DNA from: a virus
Taxonomy: Duplodnaviria > Heunggongvirae > Uroviricota > Caudoviricetes
DNA: 64,000 bases
Reading direction: 5' to 3' (one strand)
Virus record (IMG/VR): IMGVR_UViG_3300031555_010392
Coordinates: 1 to 64,000 of that record
A model generated the notes under the pieces. That model saw only the letters and a list, made by a program, of their open reading frames with translations. It was not told where the DNA came from and searched no databases. The position numbers and the translations under genes are program-made. Shown in pieces: positions 26,679 through 35,655 of this stretch (the first letter of the stretch is position 1; the number at the start of each line of letters is the position of its first letter).

Positions 26679-27173
26679 TTACCACTCCAGAATTTCAGTT
26701 ACAATAGGCTCTGCGACGAAACAGGAAAGTTCGCATGCGACTTTAACAGCTTCATGTTCATCATGCCCAAGATGGAATGCGGCCATAGCGAAGTCTTCCC
26801 CGCAGCCTATAGCGGCGAAATCTTTCACTTCGCATACAAACAGACCATGAATTTCAAACAGCTTGTTTTTATAGGCGAGCAAATAGTCGTTTTCCGCTTT
26901 GGCCTCGCCGTCATATTCCTTACGCCATTTGGTGAATTCGATCATATGATCCAAGATAGCCTTCTCACTTGCATCGGCAGGATTGTGAGTGGTGATGTAA
27001 TGCCAGAAGAGGCTGGCTTCCTGCGCGGATCCCGCACTGCCGACAACGATACCATTCTCCTTTTTAAGCTTGGTAAAATTACCTTTGGTATCTTTTGTCC
27101 AGCCATGGACAACAATGCTGTCGGCACTCATAACGATCTTATTAGGGTAAACCTTCGCACAAACGACGCTCAT
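26679..27173 (-). CDS. HslV/proteasome-beta-like Ntn peptidase (Ser1 nucleophile variant), 164 aa
   Basis: N-terminus MSVVCAKVYPNKIVMSADS aligns to HslV TTIVSVRRNGHVVIAGDGQ; GSAGSAQEA matches G-x-A-G-S/T-x-A-D-A; start at 27173 with GGAGG 8 nt upstream. Confidence 0.5.
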   Translation of the reverse strand: MSVVCAKVYPNKIVMSADSIVVHGWTKDTKGNFTKLKKENGIVVGSAGSAQEASLFWHYITTHNPADASEKAILDHMIEFTKWRKEYDGEAKAENDYLLAYKNKLFEIHGLFVCEVKDFAAIGCGEDFAMAAFHLGHDEHEAVKVACELSCFVAEPIVTEILEW

Positions 27174-27330
27174 ATATTGAACCTCCGTAAGATTTGTTAA
27201 AGGGGAGGGGCGCTTAGATGGTGCTATGTTCAGCAACGAAAGCAACCACAGCGCCCCACTGGAGCCCGGATAGGCGGCCAGCCGAGCTTATAGCTCTCAC
27301 AAAGAAAGGAACCAAGGCACCAGGCCTTTG

Positions 27331-27403
27331 GAGTGGCAGACGGGATTTGAACCCGCAAACAATCGCCTTGGAAGGGCGATGCTCTACCATTGAACTACTG
27401 CCA
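27331..27403 (-). tRNA. tRNA-Gly(TCC): tRNA-Gly (anticodon TCC), CCA encoded
   Basis: GTGGCAG TAGTTCAATGGTAGAGC TCGCC-CTTCCAA-GGCGA ... GCGGG-TTCAAAT-CCCGT CTGCCAC T. Confidence 0.8.
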
Positions 27404-27507
27404 CGCACAATTCCCGCTTATTGACCGAAAGGGGAATGTGGCGAACGGAGTGGGTTGACCAGACCCTACATGAAAGAGGTACCACCAGTGCCTAACCTGG
27501 CAGTTGG

Positions 27508-27581
27508 AGCCGGTGAAGGGACTTGAACCCCCAACCTGCTGATTACAAATCAGCTGCTCTGCCTTCTTGAGCTACACCGGC
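27508..27581 (-). tRNA. tRNA-Thr(TGT): tRNA-Thr (anticodon TGT), CCA encoded
   Basis: GCCGGTG TAGCTCAAGAAGGCAGAGC GCTGA-TTTGTAA-TCAGC ... GGGGG-TTCAAGT-CCCTT CACCGGC T. Confidence 0.8.
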
Positions 27582-27591
27582 ATGAGGAAGG

Positions 27592-28392
27592 CTAAGGCCT
27601 CCCGCGTTTTTTGCCTTCGTCTGTGAGGCAGAAGTGGAACAGTGTATCATTCACCTTTTCTCTGAGGAAATCTGCAGTCTTGAAGCTCAGAGGAGGAAGC
27701 TCGTCCAGAAGCGCTTTGCGGATATCCGTCATTTCCTGATCCCAGGAAGCGATCTCGCTTTCTACAAAATATTTAGGAAAGGACTCGAGTTTCAGGCTGA
27801 TCAGGTATCTGCGGTCTTCCTCTTCGGGAATGAGATACAAGCCATCGGCTGCTCTGAAACTGCGAAGCATAACGAGGAGACGATACAAATGAGACGCGCT
27901 TTTTCCGTCATAGCCTGTGTCGGGGTGATCAGCCTCTTTTGATTTCATACCAGATTTGATTTTGATAAAGCTTCCACAAAGCGCTTTTACGAAAGATGGC
28001 GCCAGATCTTTAAGGAGGCTATACCGCTTTTCCAGGATCCACTCAAACAAATCGATGTTTTCATCAACGATCAAGTAGTAAGGCGTATACAGAGCTTCAA
28101 TATAGGAAGGATTGCATTTGATCACGGCATCCATGAAAGCTCTGATATCCTTCAGGTCGATAAAGCCATTTCCATAATGAAGAGAAGTGGAAAGCGGGGC
28201 TCCGCCTGCAACCAGGTCTTCCAACCTTGGGAGGATGACGCATTTGAAATCAAAGTCTGACTGATACTTGTCTGAAGAAATATCCAGACCATAATTCTGA
28301 CTGCCAGCCAGGCATACGAAGATGGGATGATACCCAAGGCTTCTTACATAAGAAGCGGCCTCGTTAAGTTCCTTGGAGTAGTTTTTAAGCAT
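27592..28392 (-). CDS. Pol-beta-superfamily nucleotidyltransferase with C-terminal helical domain (KNTase/ANT-like two-domain architecture), function unknown
   Basis: hhhhAGSQNYGLDISSDKYQSDFDFKCVIL = GS...DxD NTase signature, third acidic in GFIDLKD; AAGGAG RBS; sits immediately after the tRNA array. Confidence 0.55.
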   Translation of the reverse strand: MLKNYSKELNEAASYVRSLGYHPIFVCLAGSQNYGLDISSDKYQSDFDFKCVILPRLEDLVAGGAPLSTSLHYGNGFIDLKDIRAFMDAVIKCNPSYIEALYTPYYLIVDENIDLFEWILEKRYSLLKDLAPSFVKALCGSFIKIKSGMKSKEADHPDTGYDGKSASHLYRLLVMLRSFRAADGLYLIPEEEDRRYLISLKLESFPKYFVESEIASWDQEMTDIRKALLDELPPLSFKTADFLREKVNDTLFHFCLTDEGKKRGRP

Positions 28393-28412
28393 TTATGAAA
28401 CACTCCTTGCTA

Positions 28413-28883
28413 TTACAAAACCTGATAGAAATACTGGAGATCAACCCAGCCTTTATCTTTGATATAGCCCCAACCGTTTACGATCCTTGCTACGGTAATC
28501 TGCTCGTTGGTCTGAACCCAACCAACGAATTTGCCTTCAGGTGTTTTGCGGAGCCTTACGCGTCCGCCAGAGGTGTTGACATATTTTGCAGAGTCCCTTG
28601 TTTCAGAAAGATAATCTGCACTGCACCAGACAGTTCCGGTTTCGCCGCCGTACACTTCAATCCAATTGCCATTGACATTGCCGGTAGGGTTAACGCTTTC
28701 TCCCCTGAAAAACCGAGCTTCTATTGCTGCGGTCTTGGAGGGCTCTGCTCGTCCATTCAGCTCAGTAGCTGTTACATACAGCTGACTACCCAGGGCGGTA
28801 TTTACTGCGAAAATGGTAATTAGTGATATTATAAGTTTGAAAGAAGAGCAAATAAAATTAGTGGCGTTTTTCATAACGTCCAT
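28413..28883 (-). CDS. membrane-anchored/secreted protein with two SH3b-like domains
   Basis: N-terminal hydrophobic anchor; repeats NGNWIEVYGGETG...YL and GWGYIKDKGWVDLQYF typical of bacterial SH3. Confidence 0.5.
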   Translation of the reverse strand: MDVMKNATNFICSSFKLIISLITIFAVNTALGSQLYVTATELNGRAEPSKTAAIEARFFRGESVNPTGNVNGNWIEVYGGETGTVWCSADYLSETRDSAKYVNTSGGRVRLRKTPEGKFVGWVQTNEQITVARIVNGWGYIKDKGWVDLQYFYQVL

Positions 28884-29055
28884 CTCCTTTGGTTGAGTAG
28901 TAGTCGCAGGACTCGGATAAGTCCTGCGGTACTATGGTGCTATCAAACTTTTTAGGATTAAAGCGATATGGGCATTTAGGCGTTTTGCATTCAAGGTTGT
29001 TGCAATACTCGGTAATTCGATCCGATCTGGATCTTGGTAGCGATTTCGCTTTCAT
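28858..29055 (-). CDS. hypothetical small Cys-rich protein
   Basis: AAGGAG RBS; CNNLECKTPKC. Confidence 0.4.
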   Translation of the reverse strand: MKAKSLPRSRSDRITEYCNNLECKTPKCPYRFNPKKFDSTIVPQDLSESCDYYSTKGDGRYEKRH

Positions 29056-29104
29056 GGTTTAGCTCCTTGCTACGATATTATAATATCACTAATAAATGAT
29101 CTTG

Positions 29105-29560
29105 TCAACACTTTTCTTCGAAAATTTCAAACTTTTTTTGAGAGTCGATCCCGCCGAAATATACCCAGTGTTTTGTCTCCATATTGACCTCCAAGTGGAT
29201 GGGCATGAGCAGATGAGCATAATTCAAAATGAGATGATTCTGCAGATCAGAAAGAGAGAAAACATGGTCTTCACACTTGGTTTTCATCAGTTCACCATCA
29301 TCGCTGAAGGAAGTACTATAGGAACGCATGTGGAACATAACCCTTCCCATGCGGTACAGATCAACAATAACGTCTTCCAACTTGCTGAAAACAAGATGGA
29401 TGATGTCATCCGTCCCATCTTTATAAAGGATATTTTTAATATTGGCTAAATGAGAATGGGCATCAGATTCATGCAAGGATGCATATGCGGCGCCAAGTGA
29501 AGTAGAGGCATGCTTTTTACCATCGGGAGTAATTGTGAGAAACTTAGAAACGTAATGCAT
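29105..29560 (-). CDS. hypothetical protein (151 aa)
   Basis: GGAGG RBS upstream. Confidence 0.45.
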   Translation of the reverse strand: MHYVSKFLTITPDGKKHASTSLGAAYASLHESDAHSHLANIKNILYKDGTDDIIHLVFSKLEDVIVDLYRMGRVMFHMRSYSTSFSDDGELMKTKCEDHVFSLSDLQNHLILNYAHLLMPIHLEVNMETKHWVYFGGIDSQKKFEIFEEKC

Positions 29561-29723
29561 GAGAACCGCCTCCTGAATCGTATATTATGTAACTGAATTC
29601 TCGCATGGTCTCGAGAAGTTACTGTTCATTTGCCTACGTAGAAATTATACCAAACATATGTTCGTATTTTCAATGCAAAAAATATGGTAATGAAAAAGCA
29701 CCGCACGCAGCAGTGCTTTTTCA

Positions 29724-30269
29724 TTACATGTGACAAATGACTGCGATGATGAAGATCGCGATCAAGATGATTCCGAGGATTGCCATGGGCTCTTCTTCTT
29801 TTTCTTTCTGTTTGCGCTCCTCGATGATTTCTGCGGCCGTTTTAAGATGAGGGGGATTTGCAAAGAAGCTTGTAAGATGCCGCTCTTTGGGAGGGATGCC
29901 CATGGCAGCACACCATTTCTGATATTCTTCAGAGATATTGCCCCAAGCAGGATTCCAGCCCATGATATCCCGGTCTACAAAAAGGTGAATGCCAAATGCA
30001 GGCTTATGAACACGATAGAGCCACTGATCTTTGGTATAGTATTCCTTCCACGACTCACTTGTCATGCGATTGGGAAAGAGATATCCAAGCGGCTGGTCGG
30101 GATATCTTTCACGCATCTCTGCAAGATTCCTGGAGGCCGCTGTGCCAAAGACTTTGGCATCGTGGATCTTCATCTGCTTTTGGATTTCCTGATAATGCTT
30201 TTCCTGACTGTGCTGTGAAGCGGCACATGCAATGCCTACGGCAGCCGCTGTGAACAAATCTTTTGCCAT
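29724..30269 (-). CDS. hypothetical protein with C-terminal TM anchor
   Basis: GGAGG RBS; C-terminal ILGIILIAIFIIAVI. Confidence 0.45.
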   Translation of the reverse strand: MAKDLFTAAAVGIACAASQHSQEKHYQEIQKQMKIHDAKVFGTAASRNLAEMRERYPDQPLGYLFPNRMTSESWKEYYTKDQWLYRVHKPAFGIHLFVDRDIMGWNPAWGNISEEYQKWCAAMGIPPKERHLTSFFANPPHLKTAAEIIEERKQKEKEEEPMAILGIILIAIFIIAVICHM

Positions 30270-30280
30270 GGGATATCCTC

Positions 30281-30619
30281 CTAATGAACATCGGTCTTTT
30301 TAAGAACGTACTTAGGGACGTAACCATCCTCAATACGATTGCTGCTATGATTCATATGTTTCTGGATCCCAGTGAAATCACAGATGAAATCCTGGTCATT
30401 AGCCAAAAGCAGCTCTTCAAGATCGAGCGTGAATTGCTGATGGGCGGACACAAGATCCATCCATTGTCTGTGGTATTCGCCTTGATCAATTCCACAGACA
30501 ACCGCCCGATCAAGAAGGCTTTCAATAAGACTGATCTCATACTCGCTGATCGACACAGTCTTAGTTTTGCGATTGCCGCCGATTTTTTTAACGATGCTGA
30601 TAAGGTGGCTTAATACCAT
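30281..30619 (-). CDS. hypothetical protein (112 aa)
   Basis: co-directional ORF in array. Confidence 0.4.
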   Translation of the reverse strand: MVLSHLISIVKKIGGNRKTKTVSISEYEISLIESLLDRAVVCGIDQGEYHRQWMDLVSAHQQFTLDLEELLLANDQDFICDFTGIQKHMNHSSNRIEDGYVPKYVLKKTDVH

Positions 30620-30656
30620 GTCTGCTGACCGCCTTTCTTATTAATACGGTAGCGCC

Positions 30657-30896
30657 TTACGCGCTTTCCCTTTCGATATCAGCGATTGCAACAGCCATTT
30701 TAAACTGGATCGCAAACAAGCGCATATATCTTTCAGGCTCGATCACATAAGAGGGGAGCTCAAAGGATTCAGTGCAGCCGTCCTTTGAGACGTGATACAC
30801 TGTTTTGGTAATAAGGTCCTTCTTTACAACGAAGGTGAAGCCGTTTTCCTTAAACCACTTTTCAGCATACCGTTTGGCAAAGTTCTTTTTCTTCAT
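30657..30896 (-). CDS. hypothetical protein (79 aa)
   Basis: start re-called to MKKKNF for AAGGAGG spacing. Confidence 0.4.
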   Translation of the reverse strand: MKKKNFAKRYAEKWFKENGFTFVVKKDLITKTVYHVSKDGCTESFELPSYVIEPERYMRLFAIQFKMAVAIADIERESA

Positions 30897-31039
30897 GACC
30901 ATTTCCTCCTTTGGATGTGAAAAGCCCCGCGAAGTCATCCCTCGCAGAGCTTTTAAGTGTAACGGATGGGTATAAAATTTTCATGCTATCATTATAGCAG
31001 GAAACGACATGAAGTGCAATAGGGAAAAACAATTTTTCT

Positions 31040-31330
31040 TTACTGATACACGTCAGAAATATAGACGCTCTTAGTGGGCACTTCAGGCCTGCAATTTTCA
31101 ATTCTCGTGGGGAAATACACTGTATGGCCTCTATGGGACAGGACTTCAGCCACGATATCCGCGATCACCATGGGGTGGACGCCAAAGTCCTTTATTCTAT
31201 TGGAGTCGTTATTACTACGAAGATATGTGGGCTTATTTAGCAAAACATCGATCAAGCTCTGTGCTGCTGTATCGATATCATCAAGCTGCATAAGCTGATC
31301 AGCAGAAAATTCAGGATAATCCTTGGACAT
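31040..31330 (-). CDS. hypothetical protein (96 aa)
   Basis: co-directional ORF. Confidence 0.4.
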   Translation of the reverse strand: MSKDYPEFSADQLMQLDDIDTAAQSLIDVLLNKPTYLRSNNDSNRIKDFGVHPMVIADIVAEVLSHRGHTVYFPTRIENCRPEVPTKSVYISDVYQ

Positions 31331-31518
31331 TATTCTTCCTCCTCGTCGCTCTCAACTTTATAATCTTTTACTTCAATGTCCCAAATTGAGCAGCAATAAC
31401 CTTCATCATTCAGGCCCTTCATAACAGCTTCTTCAGGGTTGTTTGCTTCTGCGCTAACCTGTACATGAACCATGGCATCCACATTATATATCTTCACTTG
31501 GGTCATCCTCCAACTCAT
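31330..31518 (-). CDS. hypothetical small acidic protein (C-terminal DEEEE)
   Basis: ORF in array. Confidence 0.35.
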   Translation of the reverse strand: MSWRMTQVKIYNVDAMVHVQVSAEANNPEEAVMKGLNDEGYCCSIWDIEVKDYKVESDEEEE

Positions 31519-32047
31519 CTTCAGTCATGCCTGCAAGTTCAAGAGCAGTTGAAAAAACTTTGTTTTTGGAAAGAGGCTCTCCGCAATCGACGGCACCCTC
31601 CAGAATCTTTTTAGCTCTCAGATAATGCTTTTCCTCAAACCCATCATCAAAAGACGTCTGGACAAAATGGGGGAACTGAGGAATAAGCATATCGGAATCA
31701 TCATCAAGAATGACATAGGTTTCAAGCTCGATATCTCGATTCCGCTTCATCCAGCTGGCGATATCTTCGCCGCGGATCCCACCAACATAAGGCGTGTCGG
31801 AATGGATAGTCATGCCATACTGTGCCAAAGTTTTTACCAGATTTGCACGGGCAGAGGGGATGTTTCGCCACGAGGAAGACAGAACGATTTTAGCGCCAGT
31901 TTCCTGCACAAGTTTCTGGAGCAGAAGAAGGGAGGGTTCACAGAGAATATCATCCCTAAAAACAGGAATTCCTTTCTCTTCGTACATTTTCTTTGCCCAT
32001 GTCATGTTGTTGAGGACGCCATCGACGTCAAGAAAAATAACTTTCAT
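31484..32047 (-). CDS. HAD-superfamily hydrolase (putative phosphatase/nucleotidase)
   Basis: motif I FLDVDGVLN at N-terminus, SSSWR motif II-like, conserved acidic C-terminal half. Confidence 0.65.
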   Translation of the reverse strand: MKVIFLDVDGVLNNMTWAKKMYEEKGIPVFRDDILCEPSLLLLQKLVQETGAKIVLSSSWRNIPSARANLVKTLAQYGMTIHSDTPYVGGIRGEDIASWMKRNRDIELETYVILDDDSDMLIPQFPHFVQTSFDDGFEEKHYLRAKKILEGAVDCGEPLSKNKVFSTALELAGMTEDELEDDPSEDI

Positions 32048-32064
32048 GATCTATTACTCCTTCC

Positions 32065-32247
32065 TTAATAAACCGCATGCCATGGATTATGGAGATTCCG
32101 TAAAATATCACCTCGTTCTGCCTCCAACTCTTCATGCATATCAGGGTCTTGTACGTCTAAATCCAATACTGTGACAAAAACGTCTTTTATGGTGCTATAA
32201 ACATCGGTCACCATACCATTTTCAACGACGATTTTAATTTCTGACAT
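32065..32247 (-). CDS. hypothetical protein (60 aa)
   Basis: ORF in array. Confidence 0.3.
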   Translation of the reverse strand: MSEIKIVVENGMVTDVYSTIKDVFVTVLDLDVQDPDMHEELEAERGDILRNLHNPWHAVY

Positions 32248-32257
32248 AAAACATCCC

Positions 32258-32551
32258 TCACTTTCCAGCCATAGCCCTAAACAGCTCAGCAGCCATTGTC
32301 ATTAAGCTATCAGCAGTAACATTGACATAATAGTGACACCCATTTCTGCACAGAACGATGATATACTCGTCGCCGGTGACCAGATGAGAACCATTCGTAT
32401 CTCTGAGATCTTCACCATATTCAGGGCGTTCTTCATCGCAAACCACATACCAACAGCACGCAAGATCCGGGTTTGCTTTATGAAGAACATCGGAAAGACT
32501 TTGAACAAAATCCCGCTTCATATTATATACCTTAGTATTCAACTCACTCAT
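32258..32551 (-). CDS. hypothetical protein (97 aa)
   Basis: ORF in array. Confidence 0.4.
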   Translation of the reverse strand: MSELNTKVYNMKRDFVQSLSDVLHKANPDLACCWYVVCDEERPEYGEDLRDTNGSHLVTGDEYIIVLCRNGCHYYVNVTADSLMTMAAELFRAMAGK

Positions 32552-32603
32552 GCATTTTCCTTTCCGGGAATCTTATTGTCCCATCCTTCAAAAAGCCCTT
32601 TTC

Positions 32604-32723
32604 TCATTTGCTCCAGCTCAAAATGGCGCCGTTGCGGCTAAGCCGCAGCACATCGCGCTGATTCCAGTTATGATCATTTGGATGCTGGATAATGACATCT
32701 GGATCAGCATTCAGATACTTCAT
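32604..32723 (-). CDS. possible small ORF (39 aa) filling gap
   Basis: ATG..TGA in 200-nt gap; weak RBS. Confidence 0.2.
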   Translation of the reverse strand: MKYLNADPDVIIQHPNDHNWNQRDVLRLSRNGAILSWSK

Positions 32724-32758
32724 ATTTTTCTGAAGTATTGTGATCAGCTCAGAAGCTT

Positions 32759-33316
32759 TCAATCCGTTTCCTCCTTAAGCTTTGCATAGAAATCGCAATA
32801 GGTATGATCGAACCAATCATCTACGCGATCCAGAAACCACGGCTGATTCATCAATTCATCTTTTCCTTCATAGTTATTCCAGTTCAAGCCGCCCATACGG
32901 GAGTGAATATAAAGCACATTCTTCTGACCAGCATAACGATTCCAAACAGCAAACTGATGAAGGATATCTTTTCGCTGACGCTTCAAAGTATACTTCAGAT
33001 TCTTGCGTTTCTTGCCATGAAAGCGATCCCAGCGGATGCCTACATATTCTCCGTCCTTTTTGATCAGGTAGCGATCAAGCTGACGAGTTATAGCATGGGA
33101 ATACGTATAAACCGTGGAGTTGATACGACAATGACCACGAATAAAATAACGCGCTGCATCTACTTCGTTATCAGAAATGATGTTCTGAATCTCTTCATCT
33201 GTCAGAGGGTTTTCATTCTCCATAAGACGATAGCCGCGTAGCCGCGGGATAACGACTCCATTTTTCTTAGCGAGATCGGACAAAGAATCAATATTGACAT
33301 AAGCGCCTAAATCCAT
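32759..33316 (-). CDS. hypothetical protein (185 aa)
   Basis: AAAGGAGG RBS upstream. Confidence 0.45.
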   Translation of the reverse strand: MDLGAYVNIDSLSDLAKKNGVVIPRLRGYRLMENENPLTDEEIQNIISDNEVDAARYFIRGHCRINSTVYTYSHAITRQLDRYLIKKDGEYVGIRWDRFHGKKRKNLKYTLKRQRKDILHQFAVWNRYAGQKNVLYIHSRMGGLNWNNYEGKDELMNQPWFLDRVDDWFDHTYCDFYAKLKEETD

Positions 33317-33337
33317 ATGAAACCTCCTTTGTTATGA

Positions 33338-34006
33338 TTAGCTATAACCAAGCTCTTTATCGACAGCCACATCATAATGCACGTCGCCGGGAAGCTTGGC
33401 ATAACATAAAGGGCATTCGACCATTTCTTTATTACTGGCATCGAAATATCGATTGCAAGATTCGCATTTAGCCCAAAAATGATTTTTCAGCCTTTCTGTG
33501 ATATAGGACTGGGGTGTCTGCCCATTAAGGTCAGTAAACATGACCCCGCAAAGAAAGTCATCTCCATGCACAAGAGCCAGCAACTGGCTATGGCTCCACG
33601 CGCCTTTTTTATCAATGACGTAACAAGGAGTATGCATATATGTGCGATAAGCCTCGTCACTCTTGATAAAACTAGGCTCGGGTTCTTTTTCAGCTCCAAA
33701 CTCCTCAATCAAAGCATCCGAGGCAAACTCGTCGATATCGAGCCAATAATCACCGTTTTCAGGATCAAACTTCTCCTCGAATTCTTTAGCCAAATCCACG
33801 CAGAACATGGCCAATTCTTTGCCGTCCTCAACCTCGATTTTTTCTTTCTCTTCAAGCAAGGCGGCGATCTGACCGATTTCAACTGCATTTTCCAGAAGAC
33901 GGTCCATTTTTTCGTACATCTGACGGGCAGCTTCGAGCTCACCATGCACCATGTCAAGATGGGATTTGGCGATGTTGATGAGTTTGATTCTGTTTGCGAT
34001 GTCCAT
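33338..34006 (-). CDS. hypothetical protein (222 aa) with C-terminal CxxC pairs
   Basis: start re-called to MDIANR with GGGGAGG RBS; TAATG coupling. Confidence 0.45.
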   Translation of the reverse strand: MDIANRIKLINIAKSHLDMVHGELEAARQMYEKMDRLLENAVEIGQIAALLEEKEKIEVEDGKELAMFCVDLAKEFEEKFDPENGDYWLDIDEFASDALIEEFGAEKEPEPSFIKSDEAYRTYMHTPCYVIDKKGAWSHSQLLALVHGDDFLCGVMFTDLNGQTPQSYITERLKNHFWAKCESCNRYFDASNKEMVECPLCYAKLPGDVHYDVAVDKELGYS

Positions 34007-34578
34007 TACTTGAGAACCTCCCCATAGTAGATTTCCAGCACGGCTTTCAACGCCCACGCTGCAATTTCCGTGGTGGCCGAACCGGTGCCAAATACTTCAG
34101 GCGGCGCTTTGGCCTTCACCATTTCTGTGAGCTTGTCCATATCCGAGATAGAAACTTTGATATCATCCTGAGAGTAGGGGCAGGCGGACTTGTCCGCCTT
34201 ATCATAAAAAATGTGCTTAAAGCCAGGATACACAATCTCCGGATAGCTCCATTCAAGCTCACCGCCCTGTGCATTGATATAGAAGGAGGGATCGCCGTCA
34301 TCGATGTTTGCATCACACTGAAAAACGAGATGAGGATAAGCTTCGGACAGGAGACGCATATCGTTCTCGATGTCATCCTGTGCGTGATAGGATGTGGTTT
34401 CCCATTCTGCGTATGCTTCATAGACGTTAGGGCATTCCGGCAGAAGAAAGAATTTTTCGATTCCACTTTTGAGAAGGTTGGAATTGGAAAGAGTGACATT
34501 GATTCTATCGATGTCGAACTGGACTTCGCCCTCGTCCAAACGCCTGAATTTGAGATTCCACGAAGAAAACTGGCCCAT
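34006..34578 (-). CDS. hypothetical protein (190 aa)
   Basis: AAAGGAGAG RBS. Confidence 0.45.
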   Translation of the reverse strand: MGQFSSWNLKFRRLDEGEVQFDIDRINVTLSNSNLLKSGIEKFFLLPECPNVYEAYAEWETTSYHAQDDIENDMRLLSEAYPHLVFQCDANIDDGDPSFYINAQGGELEWSYPEIVYPGFKHIFYDKADKSACPYSQDDIKVSISDMDKLTEMVKAKAPPEVFGTGSATTEIAAWALKAVLEIYYGEVLK

Positions 34579-34580
34579 GA

Positions 34581-34844
34581 TTAGCTCTCCTTTCCTGCAA
34601 AACGCGGCACAAAATAAAGATCAAAGGTTTTGGTTGCGCGGTTGATATGAGCGCCGATCTGCTGAACATCATGCATGAAGTCGGCGACGGCGGCATTGAG
34701 TAACTCTTCCAGCCGCAGATTGAAATGCTTGACCGCTGCCTCCAGATCCATCATCATGGTGATGCGGGAAGCGTAGTCGCAACGAAGATAAACGGCACGA
34801 TCCACAATGCGCTTGATGAAAAGTGTCTGATCACGTTCGGACAT
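34581..34844 (-). CDS. hypothetical protein (87 aa)
   Basis: AAGGAGG RBS. Confidence 0.4.
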   Translation of the reverse strand: MSERDQTLFIKRIVDRAVYLRCDYASRITMMMDLEAAVKHFNLRLEELLNAAVADFMHDVQQIGAHINRATKTFDLYFVPRFAGKES

Positions 34845-34855
34845 GGGAAACCTCC

Positions 34856-35353
34856 TTACAGTTTGAAATCCGGATGCGCTTTCATGAAGGGTTCGATGAT
34901 TTCTTCGATGGCGAGTTCTGCGGCGGTCAGATTGTTGAAATAGACTGTTCCAACTATTTGTTCACTTCTGCGGAGGTAAACCTTGAATTTCTTCAATGAA
35001 TGTTCAAAACAAACATAGTATTTATTCTGATAAGCGTCGTTCCAGTCAATACACATACCACCATTCTCCATGGAGAAGCGCCACAGGAGACGATTCAGGG
35101 TTTCGCGATAAGCCTGCTGCTGAAGAAGATCCTTGTCGGTGCAGTAGTTGGCGATGTTGAAACGTACATCCGAATTTGATCCGCCTTCATGAGCATTCAG
35201 CACTTGCCCATAGGTGGCGATAAAAAAGTATTCGTCATCAACATCCGGCTTGTCAAAAGGACTTTTCTTCTTCACCTCAATCCCCAGTGCTTCAAGCTGC
35301 TCCGGGGTAAGATCGGCCTTTTTGCCATTGATGACGATATAATTTTCAGACAT
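34856..35353 (-). CDS. hypothetical protein (165 aa)
   Basis: GGAGG RBS. Confidence 0.45.
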   Translation of the reverse strand: MSENYIVINGKKADLTPEQLEALGIEVKKKSPFDKPDVDDEYFFIATYGQVLNAHEGGSNSDVRFNIANYCTDKDLLQQQAYRETLNRLLWRFSMENGGMCIDWNDAYQNKYYVCFEHSLKKFKVYLRRSEQIVGTVYFNNLTAAELAIEEIIEPFMKAHPDFKL

Positions 35354-35355
35354 GA

Positions 35356-35619
35356 TTAAGCCTCCTTAAAATATACATCAAGCTCTTCAGAGGAAATACG
35401 ACATTCGTGGGTAGGTTCGTCGTCTTTACAATCGCCATACATACGCATGGCGAAAACATGATCTGATTCTGGATCCTCAATACTCTCTGCCCATGCAAGG
35501 AAGATTTCTTTTCCACCCCTCTCCAAGCGAATATCGATACCTGGATAATCAGGTTCGTTGCGGATATAAGCCTTTAGAATACCAAGTTCGGTTTGAATGC
35601 TTCCGCAAGGTTCATACAT
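35356..35619 (-). CDS. hypothetical protein (87 aa)
   Basis: GGAGG RBS. Confidence 0.4.
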   Translation of the reverse strand: MYEPCGSIQTELGILKAYIRNEPDYPGIDIRLERGGKEIFLAWAESIEDPESDHVFAMRMYGDCKDDEPTHECRISSEELDVYFKEA

Positions 35620-35655
35620 GGCTAACCTCCTTAATGATGTAGTTTTCAGACATGG

